A program made the translations under genes and the position numbers. Below are positions 25,901 to 40,356 of a DNA stretch of 64,000 nt, in pieces. Below the pieces are notes generated by a model. The model was not told where the DNA came from. It saw only the letters and a list, made by a program, of their open reading frames with translations, and made no database searches. The stretch covers positions 32,612,001 through 32,676,000 of the forward strand of contig OZ296650.1 in NCBI GenBank assembly GCA_965655095.1, given 5' to 3'. Position 1 is the first letter of the stretch, and every line of letters starts with the position of its first letter. Origin of the DNA: Haplodiscus bocki. Taxonomy: Eukaryota.

Positions 25901-28900
25901 CCGTAACTTTTGATGAGGTCTATGTTTTTTGTTATTGGTGCCATCAGAAGATGACAGGAGTCTGGACCTATGTGACAAGACTGCAAAAAAGAGCCGTACA
26001 ACTGCTTTGAAAACCAATTTAAAAAACTCACAGCTGGAATGTGATAAGTTATCAAGGCCTAATCAATCAGTTTGAAGTTTCGGGAGCGGAATACATTATT
26101 CAAACTCTTTCGGTAAATTTTCAATTTGTTACATTGTAAGGGTAGAGTACCTTTTCCGATATTAATTGAAATTACGTTTCTCTGGATCCTATCAGTCTGT
26201 AGCTGGGTTAAAAATCATCGCTGTTTTCAGTGATTGGTTAAGTTTTTTGACAACATATTGTAGTTTGTGTTTTACAAGGTACGGTTTCAGTTTGAATGGT
26301 TCTTTTTTGGCTCTGGATATTGAAAAATTAATTTCCTGCTCAACTTTTCTGATTATGTTATTAGTTTCAAAAAAAAGTTCTTCCCAACAGAGTCCTCACA
26401 AGCAAAATACTTTGGGTTTCTCTGGCTAAACTGCAAAAACTTTTGTTGGAGTTGCGGTATGCAAATAATAGTCGATCAGTTTCTTAGAGAAGGCTCAGTC
26501 AAAGCAGATTCTTTCAACAAACTTTGAAAATTTAATTTAAATCTTTCAGAAAGTACTGCTACTCAAGATCTTGAACTACCATATTTTCCTAATACTCAAT
26601 CATGGAGTTTTTTGAAAACAAAGTTGCAAAATGTTTTCACACCAACAGTTTGTTATCCTTCACTACCTATTGTGAGTAGATGCAGATTGTTTTCGATAAC
26701 ACCAGTTTTCGTTTAACATATTTGTTTTTCAATGGAACTTTTCAGCCAAAACCGCCAATTTCCTCAATCGAAACTGAAGGAAGTCCGTAACACCTTTTCT
26801 TCCAATAGTTCTATTTTTGAAAAAACCAAAATGCAGCCTTAAATATTAGGTTCTACCTTCGGCTTTCTCACACGATGTGCTTTGAGGTAATTTGGAATGT
26901 TTTTCGCTTTCGAAGGTATCATTTTTTGTTCGTTTAAACAAACTTTGGACCCAACCTCCATTTAAATCTGAAAGTTGATATTAAAAAAAAGTTCCAAGTT
27001 GTAAAATTGATTAACATCAGTAAAAAAATTTTTTAGATTCACATTTCTGAGGCAAAATCCATAAAACTCTGCCGTATAGAAAACACAAAATTGAAAAAAC
27101 ATGAAAAGTTAGGACGTTGGAAGTAGTATAGCTAAAAACAGTTGCAGAAACATAAACCTATATTTCAAAGCAATGTAACCGAAAAAACAACTTGAATACA
27201 ACTCGTAATATACTGTAAGTTTTTTTAATTTTTCTGATTTTTTTCAGAATTTTCTACACTAATCTTTTGGAGATGGATACTTCTTTTCTTCTGAAGAATG
27301 GAAGCGTGAAATCAACCCAGCTCCCGTAACTTTTGTTGAGGTCTATGTTTTTGTTATTGGTGCCATCAGGAGATGACAGGAGTCTGGACCTATGTGACAA
27401 GACTGCAAAAAGGAGCCGTACAACTGCTTTGAAAACCAATTAAAAAAACTCACAGCTGGAATGTGATAAATCATCATGGCTTAATCATTCAGTTTGAATA
27501 TCGGAAGCGGAAGATATTATTCAAACAATTTGGAAAGTTTTCAATTTGTTACATTGTAAGAGTAGAGTACCTTTTCCGATATTAATTGAAATTACTTTTC
27601 TTTGGACCTTATCAGTCTGTAGCTGGGTTGAAAATCATCGCTGTTTTCAGTGATTGGGTAAATTTTTTGACAACACATTGTAGTTTGTGTTTTACAAGGT
27701 ACGGTTTCAGTTTGAATGGTTCTTTTCGGGCTTTGTTTGTTGAAAAGTTAGTTTCCTTCTCAAATTTTCTGATTATGTTATAAGTTTCAAAACAAGTTCT
27801 TCCCAACAGAGTCCTCACCAGCAAAATACTTCGGGTTTTTCTTGCTAAACTGCAAAAATTTTTGTTGGACTTCCGGGACGCAAATAATAGTCGATCAGTT
27901 TTTTAGAGAAAGCTCAGTCAAAGCAGATTCTTTCAACAAACTTTGAAACTTTAATTTAAATCTTTCAGAAAGTACTGCTACTCAAGATCTTGAACTACCA
28001 TAACTTCCTATTACTCAATCATGGAGTTAATTTGAAAACAAAATTGCAAAATGTTTTCATATCAACAGTTTGTTATCCTTCACTGCCTATTGTGAGTAGA
28101 TGCAGATTGTTTTCGATAACACCAGTTTTCGTTTAACATATTTGTTTTTTACTGGATTTTTTCAGCAAAAACCGCCAATTTCCTCAATCGAAACTGAAGG
28201 AAGTCCGTAACACCTTTTCTTCCAATAGTTCTATTTTTGAAAAAACCAAAATGCAGCCTTAAATATTAGGTTCTACCTTCGGTTTTCTCACACGATGTGC
28301 TTTGAAGTAATTTGGAATCTTTTTCTCTTTTGACGGTATCATTTTTTGTTCGTTTAACCATTTTTTGGACTCGAACTCCATTTAAATCAGGAATTTGATT
28401 TTAAAAAAAAGTTCGGATTTGTAAAACTGATTAACATCAGTGAAAAAATTTTTTAAATTCACATTTCTGAGGAAAAATCCATAAAACTCTGCCGTATAGA
28501 AAACACAAAATTGAAAAAACATGAAAAGTTAGCACGTTGTAAGTAGTGTAGCTAAAAACAGTTGCAGAAACATAAACCTATATTTCGAAGCAATGTATCC
28601 GAAAAGACAACTTGAATACAACTCGTAATATACTGTAAGTTTTTTTTAACTTTTCTGATTTTTTTTAAAATTTTCTACACTAATCTTTTGGAGATGGAAA
28701 CTTCTTTTCTTCTGAAGATCGGAAGCGTGAAATCAACCCAGCTCACGTAACTTCTGTTGAGGTCTATGTTTTTGTTATTGGTGCCATCAGGAGATGACAG
28801 GAGTCTGGACCTATGTGACAAGACTGCAAAAAGGAGCCGTACAACTGCTTTGAAAACCAATTAAAAAAACTCACAGCTGGAATGTGATAACTCATCATGG

Positions 28901-31900
28901 CTTAATCATTCAGTTTGAATATCGGAAGCGGAATACATTATTCAAACATTTTGGAAAATTTTCAATTTGTTACATTGTAAGAGTAGAGTACCTTTTCCGA
29001 TATTAATTGATATTACTTTTCTCTGGACCTTATCAGTCTGTAGCTGGGTTGAAAATCATCGCTGTTTTCAGTGATTGGGTAAATTTTTTGACAACACATG
29101 TTAGTTTGTGTTTTACAGGGTACGGTTTCAGTTTGAATGTTTCTTTTTTGTGCATTGTACATTGAAATGTTAATTTCCTGCTCAACTTATCTGGTTATGT
29201 TATAAGTTTCAAAACAAGTTCTTCTCAACAGAGTCGTCACAAGCAAAATACTTTGGGTTTCCCTGGCTAAACTGCAAAAACTTTTGTTGGAGTTGCGGTA
29301 TGCAAATAATAGTCGATCAGTTTTTTAGAGAAGGCTCAGTCAAAGCAGATTCTTTCAACAAACTTTGAAACTTTAATTTAAATCTTTCAGAAAGTACTGC
29401 TACTCAAGATCTTGAACTACCATATTTTCCTAATACTCAATCATGGAGTTTTTTGAAAACAAAATTGCAAAATGTTTTCACACCAACAGTTTGTTATCCT
29501 TCACTACCTATTGTGAGTAGATGCAGATTGTTTTCGATAACACCAGTTTTCGTTTAACATATTTGTTTTTTAATGGAACTTTTCAGCCAAAACCGCCAAT
29601 TTCCTCAATCGAAACTGAAGGAAGTCCGTAACACCTTTTCTTCCAATAGTTCTATTTTTGAAAAAACCAAAATGCAGCCTTAAATATTAGGTTCTACCTT
29701 CGGTTTTCTCACACGATGTGCTTTGAAGTAATTTGGAATCTTTTTCTCTTTTGACGGTATCATTTTTTGTTCGTTTAACCATTTTTTGGACTCGAACTCC
29801 ATTTAAATCAGGAATCTGATATTAAAAAAAAGTTCGGATTTGTAAAACTGATTAACATCAGTGAAAAAATTTTTTAAATTCACATTTCTGAGGAAAAATC
29901 CATAAAACTCTGCCGTATAGAAAACACAAAATTGAAAAAACATGAAAAGTTAGCACGTTGGAAGTAGTGTAGCTAAAAATAGTTGCAGAAACATAAACCT
30001 ATTTTTCAAAGCAATGTATCCGAAAAGACAACTTGAATACAACTCGTAATATACTGTAAGTTTTTTTTAACTTTTCTGATTTTTTTCAAAATTTCCTACA
30101 CTAATCTTTTGGAGATGGAAACTTCTTTTCTTATGAAGATTGGAAGCGTGAAATCAACCCAGCTCCCGTAACTTTTGATGAGGTCTATGTTTTTTGTTAT
30201 TGGTGCCATCAGAAGATGACAGGAGTCTGGACCTATGTGACAAGACTGCAAAAAAAGAGCCGTACAACTGCTTTGAAAACCATTTTAAAAAACTCACAGC
30301 TGGAATGTGATAAGTTATCAAGGCCTAATCAATCAGTTTGAAGTTTCGGGAGCGGAATACATTATTCAAACTCTTTCGGTAAATTTTCAATTTGTTACAT
30401 TGTAAGGGTAGAGTACCTTTTCCGATATTAATTGAAATTACGTTTCTCTGGATCCTTTCAGTCTGTAGCTGGGTTAAAAATCATCGCTGTTTTCAGTGAT
30501 TGGTTAAGTTTTTTGACAACATATTGTAGTTTGTGTTTTACAAGGTACGGTTTCAGTTTGAATGGTTCTTTTTTGGCTCTGGATATTGAAAAATTAATTT
30601 CCTGCTCAACTTTTCTGATTATGTTATTAGTTTCAAAAAAAAGTTCTTCCCAACAGAGTCCTCACAAGCAAAATACTTTGGGTTTCTCTGGCTAAACTGC
30701 AAAAACTTTTGTTGGAGTTGCGGTATGCAAATAATAGTCGATCAGTTTTTTAGAGAAGGCTCAGTCAAAGCAGATTCTTTCAACACACTTTGAAACTTTA
30801 ATTTAAATCTTTCAGAAAGTACTGCTACTCAAGATCTTGAACTACCATATTTTCCTAATACTCAATCATGGAGTTTTTTGAAAACAAAATTGCAAAATGT
30901 TTTCACACCAACAGTTTGTTATCCTTCACTACCTATTGTGAGTAGATGCAGATTGTTTTCGATAACACCAGTTTTCGTTTAACATATTTGTTTTTTAATG
31001 GAACTTTTCAGCCAAAACCGCCAATTTCCTCAATCGAAACTGAAGGAAGTCCGTAACACCTTTTCTTCCAATAGTTCTATTTTTGAAAAAACCAAAATGC
31101 AGCCTTAAATATTAGTTTCTACCTTCGGCTTTCTCACACGATGTGCTTTGAGGTAATTTGGAATGTTTTTCGCTTTCGAAGGTATCATTTTTTGTTCGTT
31201 TAAACAAACTTTGGACCCAACCTCCATTTAAATCTGAAAGTTGATATTAAAAAAAAGTTCCAAGTTGTAAAATTGATTAACATCAGTAAAAAAATTTTTT
31301 AGATTCACATTTCTGAGGCAAAATCCATAAAACTCTGCCGTATAGAAAACACAAAATTGAAAAAACATGAAAAGTTAGCACGTTGGAAGTAGTGTAGCTA
31401 AAAACAGTTGCAGAAACGTAAACCTATATTTCAAAGCAATGTATCCGAAAAGACAACTTGAATACAACTCGTAATATACTGTAAGTTTTTTTTAACTTTT
31501 CTGATTTTTTTAAAAATTTTCTACACTAATTTTTGGAGATGAAAACTTCTTTTCTTCTGAAGATCGGAAGCGTGAAATCAACCCAGCTCACGTAACTTTT
31601 GTTGAGGTCTATGTTTTTGTTATTGGTGCCATCAGGAGATGACAGGAGTCTGGACCTATGTGACAAGACTGCAAAAAGGAGCCGTACAACTGCTTTGAAA
31701 ACCAATTAAAAAAACTCACAGCTGGAAGGTGATAAATCATCATGGCTGAATCATTCAGTTTGAAGTTTCGGAATCGGAATACAATATTCAAACTCTTTTG
31801 GAAAATTTTCAATTTGTTACATTGTAAGAGTAGAGTACCTTTTCCGATATTAATTGATATTACTTTTCTCTGGACCTTATCAGTCTGTAGCTGGGTTGAA

Positions 31901-34670
31901 AATCATCGCTGTTTTCAGTGATTGGGTAAATTTTTTGACAACACATGTTAGTTTGTGTTTTACAGGGTACGGTTTCAGTTTGAATGTTTCTTTTTTGTGC
32001 ATTGTACATTGAAATGTTAATTTCCTGCTCAACTTATCTGGTTATGTTATAAGTTTCAAAACAAGTCCTCCTCAACAGAGTCGTCACAAGCAAAATACTT
32101 TGGGTTTCTCTAGCTAAACTGCAAAAATTTTGTTGGAGTTGCGGTATGCAAATAATAGTCGATCAGTTTTTTAGAGAAGGCTCAGTCAAAGCAGATTCTT
32201 TCAACAAACTTTGAAACTTTAATTTAAATCTTTCAGAAAGTACTGCTACTCAAGATCTTGAACTACCATAACTTCCTATTACTCAATCATGGAGTTAATT
32301 TGAAAACAAAATTGCAAAATGTTTTCATATCAACAGTTTGTTATTCTTCACTGCCTATTGTGAGTAGATGCAGATTGTTTTCGATAACACCAGTTTTCGT
32401 TTAACATATTTGTTTTTTACTGGATTTTTTCAGCCAAAACCGCCAATTTCCTCAATTGAAACTGAAGGAAGTCCGTAACACCTTTTCTTCCAATAGTTCT
32501 ATTTTTGAAAAAACCAAAATGCAGCCTTAAATATTAGGTTCTACCTTCGGTTTTCTCACACGATGTGCTTTGAAGTAATTTGGAATCTTTTTCTCTTTTG
32601 ACGGTATCATTTTTTGTTCGTTTAACCATTTTTTGGACTCGAACTCCATTTAAATCAGGGATTTGATATTAAAAAAAAGTTCGGATTTGTAAAACTGATT
32701 AACATCAGTGAAAAAATTTTTTAAATTCACATTTCTGAGGAAAAATCCATAAAACTCTGCCGTATAGAAAACACAAAATTGAAAAAACATGAAAAGTTAG
32801 CACGTTGGAAGTAGCGTAGCTAAAAACAGTTGCAGAAACATAAACCTATATTTCAAGGCAATGTAGCAATGTATCCGAAAAGACAACTTGAATACAACTC
32901 GTAATATACTGTAAGTTTTTTTTAACTTTTCTGATTTTTTTTTTAAAATTTTCTACACTAATTTTTGGAGATGGAAACTTCTTTTCTTCTGAAGATCGGA
33001 AGCGTGAAATCAACCCAGCTCACGTAACTTTTGTTGAGGTCTATGTTTTTGTTATTGTTGCCATCAAGAGATGACAGGAGTCTGGACCTATGTGACAAGA
33101 CTGCAAAAAGGAGCCGTACAACTGCTTTGAAAACCAATTAAAAAAACTCACAGCTGGAAGGTGATAAATCATCATGGCTGAATCATTCAGTTTGAAGTTT
33201 CGGAATCGGAATACAATATTCAAACTCTTTTGGAAAATTTTCAATTTGTTACATTGTAAGAGTAGAGTACCTTTTCCGATATTAATTGATATTACTTTTC
33301 TCTGGACCTTATCAGTCTGTAGCTGGGTTGAAAATCATCGCTGTTTTCAGTGATTGGGTAAATTTTTTGACAACACATGGTAGTTTGTGTTTTACAGGGT
33401 ACGGTTTCAGTTTGAATGTTTCTTTTTTGTGCATTGTACATTGAAATGTTAATTTCCTGCTCAACTTATCTGGTTATGTTATAAGTTTCAAAACAAGTTC
33501 TTCTCAACAGAGTCGTCACAAGCAAAATACTTTGGGTTTCTCTAGCTAAACTGCAAAAACTTTTGTTGGAGTTGCGGTATGCAAATAATAGTCGATCAGT
33601 TTTTTAGAAAAGGCTCAGTCAAAGCAGATTCTTTCAACAAACTTTGAAACTTTAATTTAAATCTTTCAGAAAGTACTGCTACTCAAGATATTGAACTACC
33701 ATAACTTCCTATTACTCAATCATGGAGTTAATTTGAAAACAAAATTGCAAAATGTTTTCATATCAACAGTTTGTTATCCTTCACTGCCTATTGTGAGTAG
33801 ATGCAGATTGTTTTCGATAACACCAGTTTTCGTTTAACATATTTGTTTTTTACTGGATTTTTTCAGCCAAAACCGCCAATTTCCTCAATCGAAACTGAAG
33901 GAAGTCCGTAACACCTTTTCTTCCAATAGTTCTATTTTTGAAAAAACCAAAATGCAGCCTTAAATATTAGGTTCTACCTTCGGTTTTGTCACACGATGTG
34001 CTTTGAAGTAATTTGGAATCTTTTTCTCTTTTGACGGTATCATTTTTTGTTCGTTTAACCATTTTTTGGACTCGAACTCCATTTAAATCAGGAATTTGAT
34101 ATTAAAAAAAAGTTCGGATTTGTAAAACTGATTAACATCAGTGAAAAAATTCTTTTAATTCACATTTCTGAGGAAAAATCCATAAAACTCTGCCGTATAG
34201 AAAACACAAAATTGAAAAAACATGAAAAGTTAGCATGTTGGAAGTAGTGTAGCTAAAAACAGTTGCAGAAACATAAACCTATATTTCAAAGCAATGTATC
34301 CGAAAAGACAACTTGAATACAACTCGTAATATACTGTAAGTTTTTTTAATTTTTCTGACTTTTTTCAAAATTTCCTACACTAATCTTTTGGAGATGGGAA
34401 CTTCTTTTCTTATGAAGATTGGAATCGTGAAATCAACCCAGCTCCCGTAACTTTTGATGAGGTCTATGTTTTTTGTTATTGGTGCCATCAGAAGATGACA
34501 GGAGTCTGGACCTATGTGACAAGACTGCAAAAAAGAGCCGTACAACTGCTTTGAAAACCAATTTAAAAAACTCACAGCTGGAATGTGATAAGTTATCAAG
34601 GCCTAATCAATCAGTTTGAAGTTTCGGGAGCGGAATACATTATTCAAACTCTTTCGGTAAATTTTCAATT

Positions 34671-37600
34671 TGTTACATTGTAAGGGTAGAGTACCTTTTC
34701 CGATATTAATTGAAATTACGTTTCTCTGGATCCTATCAGTCTGTAGCTGGGTTAAAAATCATCGCTGTTTTCAGTGATTGGTTAAGTTTTTTGACAACAT
34801 ATTGTAGTTTGTGTTTTACAAGGTACGGTTTCAGTTTGAATGGTTCTTTTTTGGCTCTGGATATTGAAAAATTAATTTCCTGCTCAACTTTTCTGATTAT
34901 GTTATTAGTTTCAAAAAAAAGTTCTTCCCAACAGAGTCCTCACAAGCAAAATACTTTGGGTTTCTCTGGCTAAACTGCAAAAACTTTTGTTGGAGTTGCG
35001 GTATGCAAATAATAGTCGATCAGTTTTTTAGAGAAGGCTCAGTCAAAGCAGATTCTTTCAACACACTTTGAAACTTTAATTTAAATCTTTCAGAAAGTAC
35101 TGCTACTCAAGATCTTGAACTACCATATTTTCCTAATACTCAATCATGGAGTTTTTTGAAAACAAACTTGCAAAATGTTTTCACACCAACAGTTTGTTAT
35201 CCTTCACTACCTATTGTGAGTAGATGCAGATTGTTTTCGATAACACCAGTTTTCGTTTAACATATTTGTTTTTTAATGGAATTTTTCAGCCAAAACAGCC
35301 AGTTTCCTCAATCGAAACTGAAGGAAGTCCGTAACACCTTTTCTTCCAATAGTTCTATTTTTGAAAAAACCAAAATGCAGCCTTAAATATTAGGTTCTAC
35401 CTTCGGTTTTCTCACACGGTGTGCTTTGAGGTAATTTGGAATGTTTTTCTCTTTCGAAGGTATCATTTTTTGTTCGTTTAAACAAACTTTGGACCCAACC
35501 TCCATTTAAATCTGAAAGTTGATATTGAAAAAAAAGTTCCAAGTTGTAAAATTGATTAACATCAGTAAAAAAATTTTTTAGATTCACATTTCTGAGGCGA
35601 AATCCATAAAACTCTGCCGTATAGAAAACACAAAATTGAAAAAACATGAAAAGTTAGGACGTTGGAAGTAGTATAGCTAAAAACAGTTGCAGAAGCATAA
35701 ACCTATATTTCAAAGCAATGTAACCGAAAAGACAACTTGAATACAACTCGTAATATACTGTAAGTTTTTTTAATTTTTCTGATTTTTTTCAGAATTTTCT
35801 ACACTAATCTTTTGGAGATGGAAACTTCTTTTCTTCTGAAGAATAGAAGCGTGAAATCAACCCAGCTCCCGTAACTTTTGTTGAGGTCTATGTTTTTGTT
35901 ATTGGTGCCATCAGGAGATGACAGGAGTCTGGACCTATGTGACAAGACTGCAAAAAGGAGCCGTACAACTGCTTTGAAAACCAATTGAAAAAACTCACAG
36001 CTGGAATGTGATAAATCATCATGGCTTAATCATTCAGTTTGAATATCGGAAGCGGAAGATATTATTCAAACAATTTGGAAAGTTTTCAATTTGTTACATT
36101 GTAAGAGTAGAGTACCTTTTCCGATATTAATTGAAATTACTTTTCTTTGGACCTTATCAGTCTGTAGCTGGGTTGAAAATCATCGCTGTTTTCAGTGATT
36201 GGGTAAATTTTTTGACAACACATTGTAGTTTGTGTTATACAAGGTACGGTTTCAGTTTGAATGGTTCTTTTCGGGCTTTGTTTGTTGAAAAGTTAATTTC
36301 CCGCTCAAATTTTCTGATTATGTTATTAGTTTCAAAACAAGTTCTTCCCAACAGAGTCCTCACAAGCAAAATACTTTGGATTTCTCTGGCTAAACTGCAA
36401 AAACTTTTGTTGGAGTTGCGGTATGCAAATAATAGTCGATCAGTTTTTTAGAGAAGGCTCAGTCAAAGCAGATTCTTTCAAAAAACTTTGAAACTTTAAT
36501 TTAAATCTTTCAGAAAGTACTGCTACTCAAGATCTTGAACTACCATAACTTCCTATTACTCAATCATGGAGCTAATTTGAAAACAAAATTGCAAAATGTT
36601 TTCATATCAACAGTTTGTTATCCTTCACTGCCTATTGTGAGTAGATGCAGATTGTTTTCGATAACACCAGTTTTCGTTTAACATATTTGTTTTTTACTGG
36701 ATTTTTTCAGCCAAAACCGCCAATTTCCTCAATCGAAACTGAAGGAAGTCCGTAACATCTTTTCTTCCAATAGTTCTATTTTTGAAAAAACCAAAATGCA
36801 GCCTTAAATTTTAGGTTCTACCTTCGGTTTTCTCACACGATGTGCTTTAAAGTATTTTGGAATCTTTTTCTCTTTTGACGGTATCAATTTTTGCTCGTTT
36901 AACCATTTTTTGGACTCGAACTCCATTTAAATCAGGAATTTGATATTAAAAAAAAGTTCGGATTTGTAAAACTGATTAACATCCGTGAAAAAATTCTTTT
37001 AATTCACATTTCTGAGGAAAAATCCATAAAACTCTGCCGTATAGAAAACACAAAATTGAAAAAACATGAAAAGTTAGCACGTTGGAAGTAGTGTAGCTAA
37101 AAACAGTTGCAGAAACATAAACCTATATTTCAAAGCAATGTATCCGAAAAGACAACTTGAATACAACTCGTAATATACTGTAAGTTTTTTTAATTTTTCT
37201 GACTTTTTTCAAAATTTCCTACACTAATCTTTTGGAGATGGGAACTTCTTTTCTTATGAAGATTGGAATCGTGAAATCAACCCAGCTCCCGTAACTTTTG
37301 ATGAGGTCTATGTTTTTTGTTATTGGTGCCATCAGAAGATGACAGGAGTCTGGACCTATGTGACAAGACTGCAAAAAAGAGCCGTACAACTGCTTTGAAA
37401 ACCAATTTAAAAAACTCACAGCTGGAATGTGATAAGTTATCAAGGCCTAATCAATCAGTTTGAAGTTTCGGGAGCGGAATACATTATTCAAACTCTTTCG
37501 GTAAATTTTCAATTTGTTACATTGTAAGGGTAGAGTACCTTTTCCGATATTAATTGAAATTACGTTTCTCTGGATCCTATCAGTCTGTAGCTGGGTTAAA

Positions 37601-40356
37601 AATCATCGCTGTTTTCAGTGATTGGGTAAGTTTTTTGACAACAAATTGTAGTTTGTGTTTTACAAGGTACGGTTTCAGTTTGAATGGTTCTTTTTTGGCT
37701 CTGGATATTGAAAAATTAATTTCCTGCTCAAATTTTCTGATTATATTATTAGTTTCAAAAAAAAGTTCTTCCCAACAGAGTCCTCACAAGCAAAATACTT
37801 AGGGTTTCTCTGGCTAAACTGCAAAAACTTTTGTTGGAGTTGCGGTATGCAAATAATAGTCGATCAGTTTTTTAGAGAAGGCTCAGTCAAAGCAGATTCT
37901 TTCAACACACTTTGAAACTTTAATTTAAATCTTTCAGAAAGTACTGCTACTCAAGATCTTGAACTACCATATTTTCCTAATACTCAATCATGGAGTTTTT
38001 TGAAAACAAACTTGCAAAATGTTTTCACACCAACAGTTTGTTATCCTTCACTACCTATTGTGAGTAGATGCAGATTGTTTTCGATAACACCAGTTTTCGT
38101 TTAACATATTTGTTTTTTAATGGAATTTTTCAGCCAAAACAGCCAGTTTCCTCAATCGAAACTGAAGGAAGTCCGTAACACCTTTTCTTCCAATAGTTCT
38201 ATTTTTGAAAAAACCAAAATGCAGCCTTAAATATTAGGTTCTACCTTCGGTTTTCTCACACGATGTGCTTTGAGGTAATTTGGAATGTTTTTCTCTTTCG
38301 AAGGTATCATTTTTTGTTCGTTTAAACAAACTTTGGACCCAACCTCCATTTAAATCTGAAAGTTGATATTGAAAAAAAAGTTCCAAGTTGTAAAATTGAT
38401 TAACATCAGTAAAAAAATTTTTTAGATTCACATTTCTGAGGCAAAATCCATAAAACTGCCGTATAGAAAACACAAAATTGAAAAAACATGAAAAGTTAGG
38501 ACGTTGGAAGTAGTATAGCTAAAAACAGTTGCAGAAGCATAAACCTATATTTCAAAGCAATGTAACCGAAAAGACAACTTGAATACAACTCGTAATATAC
38601 TGTAAGTTTTTTTAATTTTTCTGATTTTTTTCAGAATTTTCTACACTAATCTTTTGGAGATGGAAACTTCTTTTCTTCTGAAGAATAGAAGCGTGAAATC
38701 AACCCAGCTCCCGTAACTTTTGTTGAGGTCTATGTTTTTGTTATTGGTGCCATCAGGAGATGACAGGAGTCTGGACCTATGTGACAAGACTGCAAAAAGG
38801 AGCCGTACAACTGCTTTGAAAACCAATTGAAAAAACTCACAGCTGGAATGTGATAAATCATCATGGCTTAATCATTCAGTTTGAATATCGGAAGCGGAAG
38901 ATATTATTCAAACAATTTGGAAAGTTTTCAATTTGTTACATTGTAAGAGTAGAGTACCTTTTCCGATATTAATTGAAATTACTTTTCTTTGGACCTTATC
39001 AGTCTGTAGCTGGGTTGAAAATCATCGCTGTTTTCAGTGATTGGGTAAATTTTTTGACAACACATTGTAGTTTGTGTTATACAAGGTACGGTTTCAGTTT
39101 GAATGGTTCTTTTCGGGCTTTGTTTGTTGAAAAGTTAATTTCCCGCTCAAATTTTCTGATTATGTTATTAGTTTCAAAACAAGTTCTTCCCAACAGAGTC
39201 CTCACAAGCAAAATACTTTGGATTTCTCTGGCTAAACTGCAAAAACTTTTGTTGGAGTTGCGGTATGCAAATAATAGTCGATCAGTTTTTTAGAGAAGGC
39301 TCAGTCAAAGCAGATTCTTTCAAAAAACTTTGAAACTTTAATTTAAATCTTTCAGAAAGTACTGCTACTCAAGATCTTGAACTACCATAACTTCCTATTA
39401 CTCAATCATGGAGCTAATTTGAAAACAAAATTGCAAAATGTTTTCATATCAACAGTTTGTTATCCTTCACTGCCTATTGTGAGTAGATGCAGATTGTTTT
39501 CGATAACACCAGTTTTCGTTTAACATATTTGTTTTTTACTGGATTTTTTCAGCCAAAACCGCCAATTTCCTCAATCGAAACTGAAGGAAGTCCGTAACAT
39601 CTTTTCTTCCAATAGTTCTATTTTTGAAAAAACCAAAATGCAGCCTTAAATTTTAGGTTCTACCTTCGGTTTTCTCACACGATGTGCTTTGAAGTATTTT
39701 GGAATCTTTTTCTCTTTTGACGGTATCAATTTTTGCTCGTTTAACCATTTTTTGGACTCGAACTCCATTTAAATCAGGAATTTGATATCAAAAAAATGTT
39801 CGGAGTTGTAAAACTGATTAACATCATTGAAAAAATTTTTTAAATTCACATTTCTGAGGAAAAATCCATAAAACTCTGCCGTATAGAAAACACAAAATTG
39901 AAAAAACATGAAAAGTTAGCACGTTGGAAGTAGTGTAGCTAAAAACAGTTGCAGAAACATAAACCTATATTTCAAAGCAATGTAACCGAAAAGACAACTT
40001 GAATACAACTCGTAATATACTGTGAGTTTTTTTGATTTTTTCTATTTTTTTACAAATTTTCTACACTAATTTTTTGGAGATGGAAACTTCTTTTCTTCTG
40101 AAGATTGGAAGCGTGAAATCAACCCAGCTCCCGTAACTTTTGTTGAGGTCGATGTTTTTTGTTATTGGTGCCATCAGGAGATGACAGGAGTCTGGACCTA
40201 TGTGACAAGACTGCAAAAAAGAGCCGTACAACTGCTTTGAAAACCAATTTAAAAAACTCACAGCTGGAATGTGATAAGTTATCAAGGCTTAATCAATCAG
40301 TTTGAAGTTTCGGGAGCGGAATACATTATTCAAACTCTTTCGGTAAATTTTCAATT
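34671..40356. repeat. Dimeric higher-order repeat, 2 x ~2843 bp
   Basis: 34671-37514 and 37515-40356 share private variants (aaacagccagttt, agaagcataa, gtgttataca, ggagctaatt). ORFs 36131 and 38973 are identical. Confidence 0.92.

Noticed and set aside
27660-27720. Zinc-finger-like F-x5-L-x2-H-x3-C (FKLKPYLVKHKLQC) in the minus-strand ORF
   Set aside because: The upstream CxxC is missing and the His is not conserved in family A.
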